Shown: piece after piece, positions 1-12,953 of the stretch | Layout: each line of letters starts with the position of its first letter | Numbering within the stretch: position 1 is the first letter of the stretch | NCBI GenBank assembly: GCA_003971905.1 | Contig: RSEE01000011.1 | Location: forward strand, 186,001 to 250,000 | DNA: 64,000 nt | Direction: 5' to 3' | DNA from: Moniliella sp. 'wahieum' | Lineage: Eukaryota | Notes under the pieces: generated by a model | Seen by the model: the letters and a program-made list of their open reading frames with translations, nothing else | Database searches by the model: none | Told to the model about the DNA's origin: nothing | Program-made: the position numbers and the translations under genes

Positions 1-430
1 CTCCCAAGCTCTCGGCCCGCCGGGCTATCGGACGGTAGCCAAGGTTTCTCCTAAGCTGAAGGGCAAGCTGGGGAAATTGTGCGCCCAGGAGCCGGTGGAG
101 TGGTCTCAGATATTTGCCGGCTGCAACCCACAAGCGACAGACTTGGTTGCTAAGCTTCTCTGCTGGGACCCCACCGAACGGTTGACCGCCCCAGAGGCTC
201 TGGCCCATCCTTGGCTTGGCGCATACCACACCGCCTCGGTCCAATTCTCCGAACCCCAACCGTTCACTGCATTTGATACGGTTGAGGCCCACTTCGTCCA
301 CCCGCACGAATGGGTGCGAGCGTTCCAAGAGCAAGAACGGGTGATGCACCATGATGGCCCGCCTTCTTCTCTGAGGCAGAAGGTGCCTGCTGGTACTTCG
401 GATTGCACCCCGTCGCTTTTTCTCTTCTGA
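1..430 (+). CDS. MAP-kinase-like (CMGC) protein kinase, C-terminal part, truncated by the window start
   Basis: ORF 77-430 has subdomain XI and a CD-like tail: DLVAKLLCWDPTERLTAPEALAHPWLGAYH...EPQPF. True stop uncertain. Confidence 0.75.
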   Translation, partial: SQALGPPGYRTVAKVSPKLKGKLGKLCAQEPVEWSQIFAGCNPQATDLVAKLLCWDPTERLTAPEALAHPWLGAYHTASVQFSEPQPFTAFDTVEAHFVHPHEWVRAFQEQERVMHHDGPPSSLRQKVPAGTSDCTPSLFLF

Positions 431-1668
431 CGCACTTCCCACCTCTCCGAGCACGACGGCGACCAGCGTGGCCACGCCCACCTCCCTCCCTTCGCTCGAT
501 CCATCGTCCAAGACGGTATCCCAGACGGGCAAGCACAAGCCCAACCACAAGACGGTTGCTTCCTCGCTCTCGCTCCTCCTCCTAGGCGCGCATGGACTCC
601 TCGTTTCGGGTCCGGGTGTCGAGGTGCCCCCCCATGATCTATGGGACGTCTGACCGTTATCGCGCAACCCACGGTTACCCTCTCCATGCCTTACTTCTGT
701 TGTTATACCCAACACTTTCTCATTTTATGCTGCCAAATGCAATCTTTTCCCGTCATCATAGAAACATTGCATGTGTTCCAGCTAGCGATAGCGTGCACCT
801 GATTTAGGCAGGCGACTATAGCTCTGCCGTCGAGAATGTTGGCCGGTGGAGGACACCTTCTGAATACTTTTGCTATATTAAGAGCCATGATACCTCTCTG
901 TTCCTCAGTTTAGAAGGAATTCTGGATCGCGTGGGAGAACTTCGCACTCCTTGGTATCATACAGAGGATGCTGTTCATCATTATTAGTGTTTTGAAGAAG
1001 CGGGGGGAATCGAAGGCGGGGTGTCCAAAATTGGACGTGGTCTGTAATATATATGGCGAAGATCGAGAGAGGTGTGTGCGATGGTGATCGCTGCACGGTG
1101 TCTCCGCATGCACTGGCACACTGCTCTGACTCGCGAGCCTGCCTGCCAACAGGCCGATATTCATTGAACGTTATTGAGGACGCCAAACATGTCGTGGCCC
1201 CAACCCACATCTGCAGTCTCTCTCAGGTCTCACCCTAAGCACAGGACCCACGTCCAACCAGGCATGCACGATCCACATGAAGGTCTGAGATTCTGAGATC
1301 TCTGAAGTCTGATGTCTGATGCAAAAGCCAGAGAGATAAGGTTGAAAATTGAAATTGGATGTATCGGTGCAACCACATAGAATGACGGGCGATTCCTCCG
1401 CAGGGGCCACAGGGCGGAACTGGGTGATAGGGGGGTGCTGGTTGGGTTAGTGGATGGCGCAGATGAGGGTGCACATCCAGATGGGGGCGTGCAGATCGCT
1501 TCGTCAGCCCCACCGTCTCGTCTCGTTGGGCCCTCTTGCTCGTGCTCTTGCCCTTGCTCGTGCCCTTGCTCGTGCTCTTGCTCACCACCACCACCCCGCT
1601 CCCTCCCCCGTCGCTGCGCCGTGCTGTGCGCGTGCTTCGGTCCGCGCACGTGTTGGATCCACCATGGT

Positions 1669-4600
1669 ATGGCCCTTGCCCACTCTGCTTCCCGCCTGAG
1701 TACTGACCGCCCTCCCCAGTCATCGCTCAACGTCAAGGATGCACTCGAGTATCTCGACCAGGTCAAGGTCCAGTTCGCTGACCACCCCGATGTGTACAAC
1801 CGCTTCCTCCTCATCATGAAGGACTTCAAGAGCCAGGCCATCGACACCCCCGCGTCATCGAGCGCGTCTCAGCGCTCTTCCAGGGCCATGCCGCCCTCAT
1901 CCAGGGCTTCAACACCTTCCTCCCGCCTGGCTACCACATCGACTGCTCCCAAGAGACCAACATGATTACTGTCACCACCCCCACTGGCAGCATGACCGCC
2001 CAGGGTGGCATCGGCATCGCTGGCGCCCTATCTCGCGCCAATGCGGCTGCTATGCTCGGCGTTCCTCCCGACACCCTCCCGCCACCGTCACGGCCTCCCC
2101 CGCCGCCCACCCCGTTTCTCCTCCCATGACCCATGGCCCCAGCGCGGCCCCGGCCCGCCCCATTCCATGCCTCCCGGCGTAGGCCCCTCGAGCCCGACCA
2201 TGCATCCCATCACCCCCGATGGCGTCGGTCCTGCCGTCCCTCCGCCCACCCTATCAGGTCCAGGCTCTACCGGCGGCAGTATCCATCCTCCTCCCGGTAC
2301 GTACTGAACTGCCCCTGCGCACGTCTGTTTTCCAGTCTCATCTCCAGCTGTGGTGTGTTTCTTCTAATTTTTCTATTCTCTCTCCAGGCCCCGGCACGCC
2401 AGGCGTGACAGCCGGTGCGGGCGCTGGCCCCCCCTGCTGGCATGCCCATGCCGCACGATGGCGGTCCTGCTCCCGTCGAGTTCAACCACGCCATCATTAT
2501 GTCAACAAGATCAAACAGCGCTACAACTCTGCGCCGGACACGTACCGTCAGTTCCTCGAGATCCTCCAAGACTACCAGCATGGCTCCCGGCCCATCCAAG
2601 AAGTCTACAACGAGTCACGCAACTGTTTGGGCACGACAAGGACCTGCTCCAGGAGTTCCGCCAGTTCCTCCCCGACAGCAACCCAGCCGGTGGCGTTGGT
2701 GGTGCTGGTGGTAGCGGTGCTGCAGGCGGTCTCTTTGGCGCCGTGCATTCGCCCCATGCTGCACCCCCAGAGGCGTTCCACCCCACCTTACCTGCCTACC
2801 CTCCTGCGCCCCCCCCTGCTCGCCCGCGTGCCTCGGGTACCAAAACCAAGAAGAGGCCCGCACCCACTTCAAACTGCCCCGCTTCTGGTGCCGAGCCCCG
2901 AGGGAAGCGGACAAACATGGGTACCCCGCGCCCCCAGAAGCAGAGGTGTCATACAACCCTGTGGTATATCCAGAGGAACCGTCGTTCCCATGCAAGCGGG
3001 CGAACCGGCTTATGCGGCGTCCATTGATACGACCTGGTACCCTGCCGAGGCAGTGTTAGGTTTGGTGTGCGACTTGAACCCCGTCCAGAACCCAAGGAGA
3101 ACGACGCTGGCTTCGGTGGGCGAGTGACCCTCTTTGACCGGATCAAACGACATTGATGGGAAAAGCGGCCTATACTGAATTTCTCAAGCTGCTCCAACTC
3201 TTCTCCCAAGACATCATCGATGTACGCCTCCTGTTGGATCAAGTCGCCTTGTTTATCGGAGATAATCCCGACCTGTTTGGCATGTTCTGCCACGTGGTGG
3301 GATACGACCAAGGCAAAGACGACTGGCTTACCAGTCTCCCGCCTACCATCGCCAACATACCTGTTCAGCGCCGCAACCCTATTATCGCCGGACTGTACAA
3401 GACCTATGGTCCATCTTACCATCGTCTCCCCCGGTTCGAGTCCAACTTATCTTGCAGTGGGAGGGATGCGCTCTGCTGGTCGGTTCTCAATGACTCCTTT
3501 CTCAGTACCCCGCTCTTCTCCTCCGAGTCGGAGGGGTTCATGCCCCACCGCAAGAACGTGTATGAGACTACCCTCTTCGTCTCTGAGGAAGAGCGACACG
3601 AGTTTGATCATCATATCGAGCTCAATCTTCGCACCATTGAGCTTCTTATTCCCCTCGTTGCCCGGTTGGGAAAGATGCCCCCCGCAGAGCGTGAGGCGGC
3701 TCGGCTCCCGAAAGATTTGGGTGCGGCTAGCCCGACGATCCACGAACGGGTTGTCAAGAAGGTGTATGGCAAGGAGGCTGGTCTTGAAATTCTTGCTGCC
3801 ATGTCCGAAGCCCCGGCGGCCACAATCCCCGTTGTGCTTGAGCGGTTAAAGGCAACGGATCAAGCGTGGCGGGCTGGACAGAGGGAGTGGAACAAGGTGT
3901 GGCACAAGGTGGACTTGCGCAACTTCTACAAGAGCCTTGACCACCAAGGTAAAGACTTTAAGGTCAACGACAAGCGCGCTACCACAAGCAAAGCCTTTGT
4001 CGCAGAGATCGAAGCGGAGCGCTCCTGTCAGCTAGCACAGCATCAAGCTGCCTCGAAACATGAGCGAGTACAGGGAATCAAGTTGGGTCAGCCAGAACAA
4101 GCACAGCCAGTTCGTGCCTGGCCCTGCTACCAACATGCTGTCAAGATGGCCGACAAGGATGTATTCTCCGATGTGCTCAAAATGTGCTTCTCGCATTTGG
4201 ACCGGACAACAACTACAGCAAGCCCGATATGGGGAGGATCGAGTCTTTCCTACGCTCTTTTGGTCCGCTCATCTTTGGCATTGAACCAGCTGTTGTGGAG
4301 GCTTGGGTCACTCCTCTTCGTTCGGTCGACGAGGACGAGGAGGCCTCTTCCACGAAAGACGGTAATGACGTGGCCGTTCCCAAAGACTCGGCAACTGACG
4401 TTCTCCCTGTGGAGGCCGACCAAGCCCTCAACACAAGCAGTTCGACACCCAGGCCCTCCACCCCCCCTGAAAATGCCACGATGGACACTTGGATGCGCTT
4501 TGGCGGGTTTGACACCGTGGGGACTGCCCTGCCCGGGGCAAGTCAGACCTGCCTATCGACATTGACTCCCTCTTCTTCTATGCCAACACGCAGCTTTTTG

Positions 4601-5808
4601 TTTTCGTCAAGCTCTTTGAAACGATCTATACCCGGTTGGCCGCGCTCAAGAAAGTAGCCGAGGAGCGAGCTAAGGTGTACCCTTCGCGCCAACGGGTCAA
4701 CCCTGTCGCTGTCGCTCTGGGACTGCAGGATCCTAGTACAGGGCCTGGTGCCGTGGTGGGGGCCATGGCGTGTGCAGCCCACGAAAACCCAGAGGAACAA
4801 GGTGGCTTTTTCCTCCATCCACGACATTACTATGGCACACTTCTTCAAATGTGCGAACGATTGTTTGATGGCGAGATGGACCAATCGTCGTTTGAAGAAG
4901 CAGCACGGTTCATGTTTGATATTGACGCCTACCCGATCTTCACCATAGACAAGGTGGTCAGCGGGTTGATCAAAGCGGTTCGTTTTTCTCTTTGGTTTTC
5001 CTCGTGCTGTGCTGACCCTTTTTTCCCCATAGTTGCACAATGTGGTTACCGACCAACGCTCCATTGCTCTGATGGAACAAGTGGATGCGTGTCGTGCCCG
5101 GACTACGACGGCGGCTAAGGCGGTGCGCGCCGATCCCTGCAATGCGAGGGCGTTGGTGGAGTGGTACCGCAGTCTGATCGATCAGCGAATGGTCGCGAGA
5201 GCATTCTGGCGGGCGAAGAGAACTTGTACCGGATTGTGTGGAACGAGGAACGCCGCCTGCTCACCTTTCAATTGCTCGGGCGCGACGAGCTCACCCTCCC
5301 CCAAGAAGCGACATCTCAACGCAACAAGTTGCTCTATTACATGGCGTCTTACGCCTCGTGGCACCCTACCGAGGGACTGGCACGAGCTGCGGTCGCCCGC
5401 CTTCTCCCGCACAACCTTGCCCTTGCTGGCCAACCCAAATCGAAGCATGTCTCCAGCCCGGCTGAGGGGGAGAAAACGGATGGGGTCGGGTCCAAAGCGC
5501 AGGACCCAGACGAGCATATCGGTTTCACTTCCCTCCACGGCCTTGAAGGAGAGATTGATCCGCACACGTGCCGTCTCCGCTTCGAGCAGGGCCAGGACGA
5601 TGTCATGGTTCGCCATCGGCCACCAGCCGCGCTGAATACTCGCATGGCCGGACTGGTGGCCAGCCGAAGTCGCAAGGAAGCCAGGCTCACCGCCTTGCTC
5701 GCCAAGCGCCTGGGCACGACCGCACCATTGCCTGCCCCAGTCCCCCCAGATGCGGAGGGAGGAGAAGAGCCAATGGACTTGGACGCTGGAGAGGACAGGA
5801 ACATCTGA
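1669..5808 (+). CDS. SIN3: Sin3 histone deacetylase complex scaffold (PAH1-3, HID, Sin3 C-terminal), frameshifted in the assembly
   Basis: PAH1 [17 protein letters not shown]...[22 protein letters not shown]2 [19 protein letters not shown]3 [28 protein letters not shown]...[14 protein letters not shown]...[21 protein letters not shown]. Likely introns about 2298-2387 and 4978-5032. Confidence 0.95.
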
Positions 5809-6813
5809 TTCGTACCCTGAGTGCGTGTGGGAGTGCGATTCCGGTGTCCATGGGCTGCGCGCTTTACTAGACAAAGACCAAGCGGCCATGAGTGCCGTTT
5901 CCCGTGTCGTGTGTTGTATCCTCTGCAAAATCGAATTGTATGGAGCCTGGAACCTGGAGCATGGAGCCTATAGTACGGCTGGTAGTTTTCCTCGGGGTTT
6001 TGTGCACTTTCTACTAAGGATGCACAGCGCGCATGACGGGATGACCAGGGGAGGGGCCCGGAGTGTAAGGAAGGCGATGCGGCGACAGCCCGAGCAGGTG
6101 GTAGGTGGCAGGCTCTCACTCGTATATGCAGACTGAGTACTCGTTTGTACTCAGTACTCACATGCTCACAACTCAAAACTCAAAACTCACAACTCCCATG
6201 TCACACCTACGGGTAGACAGCACGTTCAAAGCTCGCCGGCTGCACCCGAGCTCTGGGCTGTGGGCTTCTGGCTTCTGAGTTTCGTGTTCAGGGGCTCATA
6301 ATCGCCAACGCCAGGGAGAAGGGGATGCGCAAGGCAGAAGGCGGCCATCGGCTCGTGGTCGGCCGCAGATCGCAGCAGCGGCAACAACCAAAACAAGTTG
6401 GGCCAACACAGGCGCCGTGCGGCCAGGCCAGCCCAGTTGGGAAGTCAAACTCGAGACGCACGGACTGCGGCACGTCGCAGTAACTCCACACGGCCCTGGT
6501 GCCTGTGCGGCGAGGGTGTCTGACACGCCGGCCACCAGCGCCCGGGCTGACGTAACGCAGGCACCCCGCCCGCACGGCGCCTGCCAGGGACGCGGGGGCG
6601 GGCAGAGGCAGGCAGAGGCAGGCAGGAGGCAGGCAGGCCAGGCCACGCAGAGCACCGGAGCGGCCCGGAGCGCGTCACCTGCCCACCCCAGCGGCGTTGG
6701 AGAAGGTGAGCCGCCGGCAGGTTTTCCTTCTTCAGCCACCGCCAGCCTCTTGCGCTCCTCCTGCTTGCCGCCCGTCTGCTCTGCCGGCCGCCTTGCTCCT
6801 GCTCTTGATCGCC

Positions 6814-8311
6814 ATGCTGTCTGCTGCCCTCCGTCTCGCTGCACGCACCGCCCGCCCGGGTCTGGCCCGCGGCCTGGCCACCTCCTCCCGCTCCCTGGCG
6901 CTCCAGAAGTTCGCCTTCCCCGCCATGTCGCCCACCATGACCGAGGGCGGCATTGCCAAGTGGCACGTCAAGCCCGGCGACAAGTTTTCCTCGGGCGCGT
7001 ATTGCTCGAGATTGAGACCGACAAGGCTACCATGGACGTCGAGGCTGCCGACGATGGTGTGATGGCCAAGATCATTGTGCGTTCTTAACCCCGCTGCCAA
7101 CTGGCTTCGCCTAACCCCCTTTTCTTCCTTCTAGGTTGGCGATGGCGCCAAGGATGTGCAGGTCAACAGTGTTATTGCTATCACTGCTGAGGAGGGCGAT
7201 GACCTAAGTGGTGCCGACGCCCTGGCGGCCGAGGCAAGCAAGGAGGCCCACCCTGTACAGCCCGAGGAGCCCAAGTCGGCCGAACCTGCCCGGAAGCACC
7301 CAAGCCTGCTGAGCCCCGAAAGCAAGCCTACTGCTGCTCCTGCTGCTCCTGCTGCGCCGGCGGGCGGACGCGTGTTTGCTTCCCCTCTGGCCCGTAAGAT
7401 TGCCCAGGAGAAGGGCATCCCGCTGGCCCAAATCAAGGGTACTGGTCCCAACGGCCGTATCGTCAAGGCCGACGTCGAGGGCTACAAGGCCCCTGCTCCT
7501 GCTGCCGCTGCCGCTGCTGCCCCAACACCGGCAGCGGCACCGGCCAAGAGCACTCCCCCTCCTCCCCCCGCTGCTCCCGGTCAGGAGGCTACGTTTACCG
7601 ACATCCCCGTTACCAACATGCGCCGCACTATTGCTGCGCGCCTGACCGAAAGCAAGCACAGCTGCCCCATTACTACGTCTCGATCGACGTGGAGATGGAC
7701 CGTGTGCTGCAACTTCGTGAGCTTTTCAACGCTGCCTCGGCTGAGAAGGCGCGTGGGGACAAGGAAGCAGCCAAGGCGGCCAAGCTGTCGGTGGGCGACT
7801 TTATCACCAGGCTGCCTCGGTTGCGCTGCAGCAGGTTCCAGAGGTCAACTCGGCTTGGTACGGCGACATTATTCGGCAACACAATGTGGCCGACATCTCG
7901 ATCGCGGTCGCTACCCCGACCGGACTGATCACACCCATTGTGCACAACGTGGGTGCCAAGGGTCTGGCCTCCATCTCGGCTCGCACCAAGGAGCTGGCCG
8001 CCAAGGCACGTGCGGGCAAGCTTGCTCCGGCCGAGTACCAGGGCGGTACCTTTACCATTTCCAACATGGGCATGTTTGGCATCAGCCACTTTACCGCGAT
8101 CATCAACCCACCTCAGAGCGCCATTCTGGCCATTGGTGGCACCGACACCCGCATCGTCCCTGACGCCTCGTCGGAAAAGGGATGGAAGAAGGTGAACGTG
8201 ATGCAGGCCACCCTGTCGTCCGACCACCGCGTGATCGACGGTGCGACGGCAGCGCGCTGGATGAAGGCGTTCAAGGACACACTCGAGAACCCCCTGTCGT
8301 TCATGCTCTAA
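6814..8311 (+). CDS. LAT1: Pyruvate dehydrogenase E2, dihydrolipoamide acetyltransferase (mitochondrial)
   Basis: Presequence [11 protein letters not shown]; lipoyl domain [15 protein letters not shown]...[12 protein letters not shown]; binding domain [12 protein letters not shown]...[13 protein letters not shown]; catalytic [11 protein letters not shown]...[12 protein letters not shown]. Intron about 7077-7134. Confidence 0.96.
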
Positions 8312-9147
8312 GCAAGGCATACCCTCTTTGAAGCTCAATCTAATTGGCAATGACAGATGACTTCTTGATCCAAAGTCAGCCTGTACAAGTCTCCGGTTTG
8401 GAGCAGGTACACCTCTATTTTTACCCTGTGCGATCGTCGGATCATTCGTTCTGTCAAGGACTCCGTTTACAAACGGAGAGAGGCTAATATCAGATCTCAG
8501 ACCTCGCACAGCCTCTATTAGCCCCCATTTGGGGTATGATTAAGTAGGCATTTGATCAACGCACAGGATCAATGGTGCTGCCTATAGCTAAAAGGTGTAG
8601 TAAGTCAACATAGTAGAGAGGGAAACGGCAATTTGAGAGCACCAGCGGTATCCTCTGCCACAGCCGAAGCCTCTGCCTTGGAAGATATTCGCGGTGAAGA
8701 GAGATGTGGCTTAATTTTTGGATTTCGTTTTGCCTGGTAGGTGTACCGAGACGCAAGTATGTCACAACGCAAATAAGGCATAACAATTCCTCTATGACGC
8801 TGACAGAGCGGATACAGCAGAGAGATGGAGACGGGAGCCTCTGGAATATAGGCAGAAGCGGGATACAGGTGATGGTGGTGTGAAAGACAAATGCAGGCCC
8901 TGCTACAAGATAGAAACCCTCTTTAACCCATTGATAACCAGTAAAAGCTACTACTAGTATAATAATGAAGCCCTATCCACAAGACCGCGTAGTGGCAACC
9001 CATTGGGACTACAGTTTCGGTTGTTAAACCGGAAGCACCCTTCCAAATCCTTGGCGTCCGTCGCGCGTCTCAGTTCAACGATGTGCATGACATACTGCAT
9101 CCATACTAGTATCATTGACAGAGCGTAAGGCTGGAACAAAGAAACGC

Positions 9148-9730
9148 TGCGCCTAAACCGACACGTTCATCCCTGCGTGTGCTGCTTGATAGCGTCAATC
9201 CACCCGCTTAAAGAACCAGGGGGATCGCCAGGAGATCAGGACCCTCTGCTGGTGCCCGCCACTGATCATCCCTTTTCCCATACCCGAGGAAGCGCATGTG
9301 GACATGGATGAACGTGGTAGACATCCGAGCGAGGAACCATTTCCATTGAGAGTCAGTAGTCAATCCTTCCAGTGTGCAAGCATCTTGCCCGCTGTTTGGT
9401 GCGTAGTATCCTCGCGTAGTCAAACCAGGGGGAAAACGGCTCTGGTGCGTCCCTGGGACTTGGCGTTTTTGTTGCATTCTGCTTGTTCAAGCCGCCGAAG
9501 CAGCTTCTTCTCCCGGGTTCCAAAGTGTCGCGGTGCTCTCGTGCACCCACCCTCCCGTACGCACTCTGCGCCTCCAGCGATCCCGTGTCGCCCAGCGTGT
9601 GGGCACTACTGCAAATCCGGTCTGTGGACTACGAATTGCTATCTTCCACGGGTAGTTTTTGGGAATAATGGGCGTGCCGTGTCATCCGCGTCACCTCCAA
9701 GTCGCAAGTGTATCGTCAGCATTCATTGAG
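9148..9730 (-). mobile_element. Degenerate 3' fragment of an RLE-type (CRE/Cnl1-like) non-LTR retrotransposon, copy 1
   Basis: Aligns by eye over about 500 bp with 62555-63060 (e.g. GGATGAACGTGGTAGACATCCGAGCGAGGAACCATTTCCATTGAGA is identical). Minus-strand peptide TTRGYY...SQWKWFLARMSTTFI is shared. Confidence 0.6.
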
Positions 9731-9957
9731 TAGCGGTCGCTGCGAGAGGTATAGTTGGTGAATGAAAGATTCTATTACAGACTCGAATGTAACGTGTAAG
9801 GCCCGTCAAGCTTCAAGCTCGCCAAGCTCGTCAAGCTTCAAGCGTCACAATATTCAGCTAGTCCAGCTAGTCACGCTTGACTTGAAGCTTGAAGCTTGAA
9901 GTTACAAGCCAATACGTGATTTACGTTGCAGCGTGTCATCTGCATCTGATAATCGAG

Positions 9958-10006
9958 ATTCCCACACAGACGTATAGGATAATTCCCACACAGACGTATA
10001 GGATAA
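9958..10006. repeat. 24-bp direct tandem duplication (ATTCCCACACAGACGTATAGGATA x2)
   Basis: Read directly from the sequence. Confidence 0.85.
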
Positions 10007-10968
10007 CCCTGCGTTTCGCTCTGTTGTCTTTTCGTCGCTGCTGTTACTGGGCAAAAGTCATGGATCCCTTCCGCCCATCGCTCCCATCATGCATTAGGCC
10101 CTTAGGGCATTAGCATGCCTAACGTTTAACGTTAACGTTTAACGTCCCCACCGTCCTGCGCTCAGCCTGCGCTGCCCGGAAGGCGCACGGCCTGTGTGTG
10201 CTGTCTGCGTCTGCCACATCACCAACCCCCCAGATTCCCCGCAAAGAAGGCGTCGACCTGCCTGGAGCGACGCCACCCTCTCTCCCCCGCTGCTGGCCCC
10301 GCCGACACACGGCATGCCGCTGCGTGCCGATCGAATATCATCGGCCGGCGCCGCTCACGCATGGCACGATGACAGACGACCCATGTGTGGTGCCGGGGTT
10401 GGGCGGCCAGGCACACGTCCCAAGTCACATGTGCTCTGTGCCTGCGGTGGCGCCTGCCGTCTGGTGCTGGATGCTGGGTGCTGGGTGCTTGGCACCGGAC
10501 GGCTGGGGCAGGCTGGGGCCGGCTGGGGCTGTCTGGACCAATGGCCCGATCTCAGATCGACTCAGACAGCACAGCGCAGCCGAGGACAGTGTGGGATCGG
10601 CTGTAGCGGCTCTAGCAGCTGCCCAGTGTCGCACTGCGTATCACGCATGCCATCACATGTTGGTAATTGCTCAGCTTTGGACAGCCCTGGTGCCCGCAGC
10701 GCTCTCCGTGAAGCGCTCTCTGTTGCGCTCAGTACACTCCGTGTTGTTGTGCACTTACCGGCGGGCGGCGGCACTCCGTTGCGGGAGCCGGTGCGGCATC
10801 ATGCATGCGGCGCTAGCCCAAACGGGTGTTGGGTGCCGTAACCAGGCTGACCCCCCCCCCGCTCAGCATGTAGGCCCATGGAGTAGCCCTATATTAACCC
10901 CTCTCTCCGCACCTGTACAGTGCTAGCCGTGCCCCCCTTCGTTTCCCCTCTCCTCTCCCAGGCCCACC

Positions 10969-12711
10969 ATGAGCTTGCGCGCTGATGCCCCATTCAATGG
11001 CCTGGACGCCATTTCGCCTCGCCCTACCCCCGACCCACATGGTCTCGGCTCTCGCTCCCACAGCCCTGAGGGCCATCCCACATCCTCTCGCCTGACCGAG
11101 CCAGCTGCTGTTGACCGTGCTTCTTCCCGTCACCACTGGCAGCAAATCCAAGACGACCCCTACGCTCTTTCTCCTGTGGGAGAAAAGGCTGAGGGCCAAC
11201 GCTCCCGCCTGGCTTTGCACAAGAAGCTGGCTCTTGTCTTGGCTGTACTGGGTCTGACTGTGACCTTGGCTGTTGTCGGATTGGGGGCAAGCTTGGGAGT
11301 CGGGCTGTCGAAGAAACACCATTTTTCCTCCCTAACCCCAGTATCAATCAGCAGCCCACGGCTTCAACGGCGGCAGCTTCAACCGGCCCCCGCCGCCCCT
11401 GCCAGCAGCCCGCCGCCTCCTCCTCCTCCTCCTCCTGCCCTTGACAGCAGTGGCAATAACCCTCAAAACATTACTCCTCTTCCCTTCTGGGATTGGGCTG
11501 ACAACAGCAAAAAGGCACTTGGCGTCTCGTTGAACAACTGGCTCATCCTTGAACGCTGGTCGGATGAGGACTGGTTCACCAAGTACGCCGCCGCAGACGA
11601 TTGGGACGAATGGCACTTTTCCCAAACGGTGGGTGCCAACACGTCGCAAGTACTTGACGAGCATTTCGACCAATGGGTCTCCGAAGACGAGATTGAGACG
11701 TTGCGCCAGCACGGTGTCAACCAGGTTCGCATCCCCATTGGGTTTGGCCCTTTATCCCCGTTGTCGACGACGAGCCCTACGTCAACTCAACCCAGCTTTC
11801 CCACCTCACTCGTGTGCTTGGATGGCTCTGGAAGCGCAGCATGTATGCTGTTATTGATCTTCACGGTTTGCCGGGGTCTCAGGTACGTCTCTGTAATAAC
11901 CCTCCCCTCCTCCTCCCTTTTGCATTGCGCTGACCCTTGGATTTCGATGTTGTCTCTCTCTTTAGTCGGGTGACCAGTCGACCGGGCTCAACACGACCTC
12001 CCCTACCTGGTGGTCTGACGAAAATCAGCAGCGGTCCGACGCGACACTGGCCGCCTTGATCGATTGGTTGTCGTACAACCCTTACAAGTCGATCGTCAGC
12101 GCCATTGCGCCGGTCAACGAGCCGAATGGGGTACTGTACTCCAACCAAGACAACCATCTCTCTGTGACCAAGTCGTTTTATGAGCGGTCGTACGCCACGC
12201 TGCAAAAGGCCGGGTACAGCATGTTTTTCCACCACGGCTTTGCCTCTCACCCCGTCCAGTACTGGCAGTCGTTTGCGACGGGCAAGAACGCGTCGATGCT
12301 CGTGATCAATGACAATCCCTACCCGGGCTGGTTCCCGTCCGTGTCGGACGAGTCGGTGATTAACCAACGTGTTTGCCAAGCTACCACTCGGTACGATCAA
12401 TTCCCTGTGCCCATGGTCAAGACCGAGTTAGTCTCGTCTCGGGCCCTACCGATGCCGCGTGGAACGCGCAGTACTACGCGACCCAAGTCGCGGCCTACGC
12501 CGCCGGCGCCGGCTCCTTCTTCTGGGGATTCAAGATGATGAACTCGACTACGCCAGTGCAGGCGGAGCCGCCGGAACACCAGATGCAGTATTCGTTCCTG
12601 CAACAGATTGTCGATGGGGCTGTGCCCGCTATGGGCACCTACAATTCCACCGTGGCCTACATTGACGCGCTGCCCAACCCAGCTTGCGGGCCCCTGGATC
12701 CAACCTTCTAG
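10969..12711 (+). CDS. Glycoside hydrolase family 5 exo-beta-1,3-glucanase-like protein with an N-terminal membrane anchor
   Basis: Hydrophobic LALVLAVLGLTVTLAVVGLGASLGVGL; GVSLNNWLILERW; DEWHF; NQVRIPIG; IDLHGLPGSQ; acid/base NEP; KTE nucleophile region; GSFFW. Intron 11883-11965. Confidence 0.9.
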
Positions 12712-12953
12712 CCGACGACTCAACCTACCTGTCTCTTCCCCTTTAGGCCTTAAAGCTTGACCTCGGTCCGGTCTGTCTGCGCCTTGTTCCGGGGCGTGGT
12801 TATGGATGTGCTAGTGCAACATGGGCATCTGTTTTGTCTACGGTTGCCCCTGGGGGGTTGTTGGGACCCTGGGAATCATGGACTTTTCCTCATGCCATGC
12901 GAACGATTTTTGCCTACCTTCCGAAAGTAAACCCGACCAGAGTCGCCATAGAA

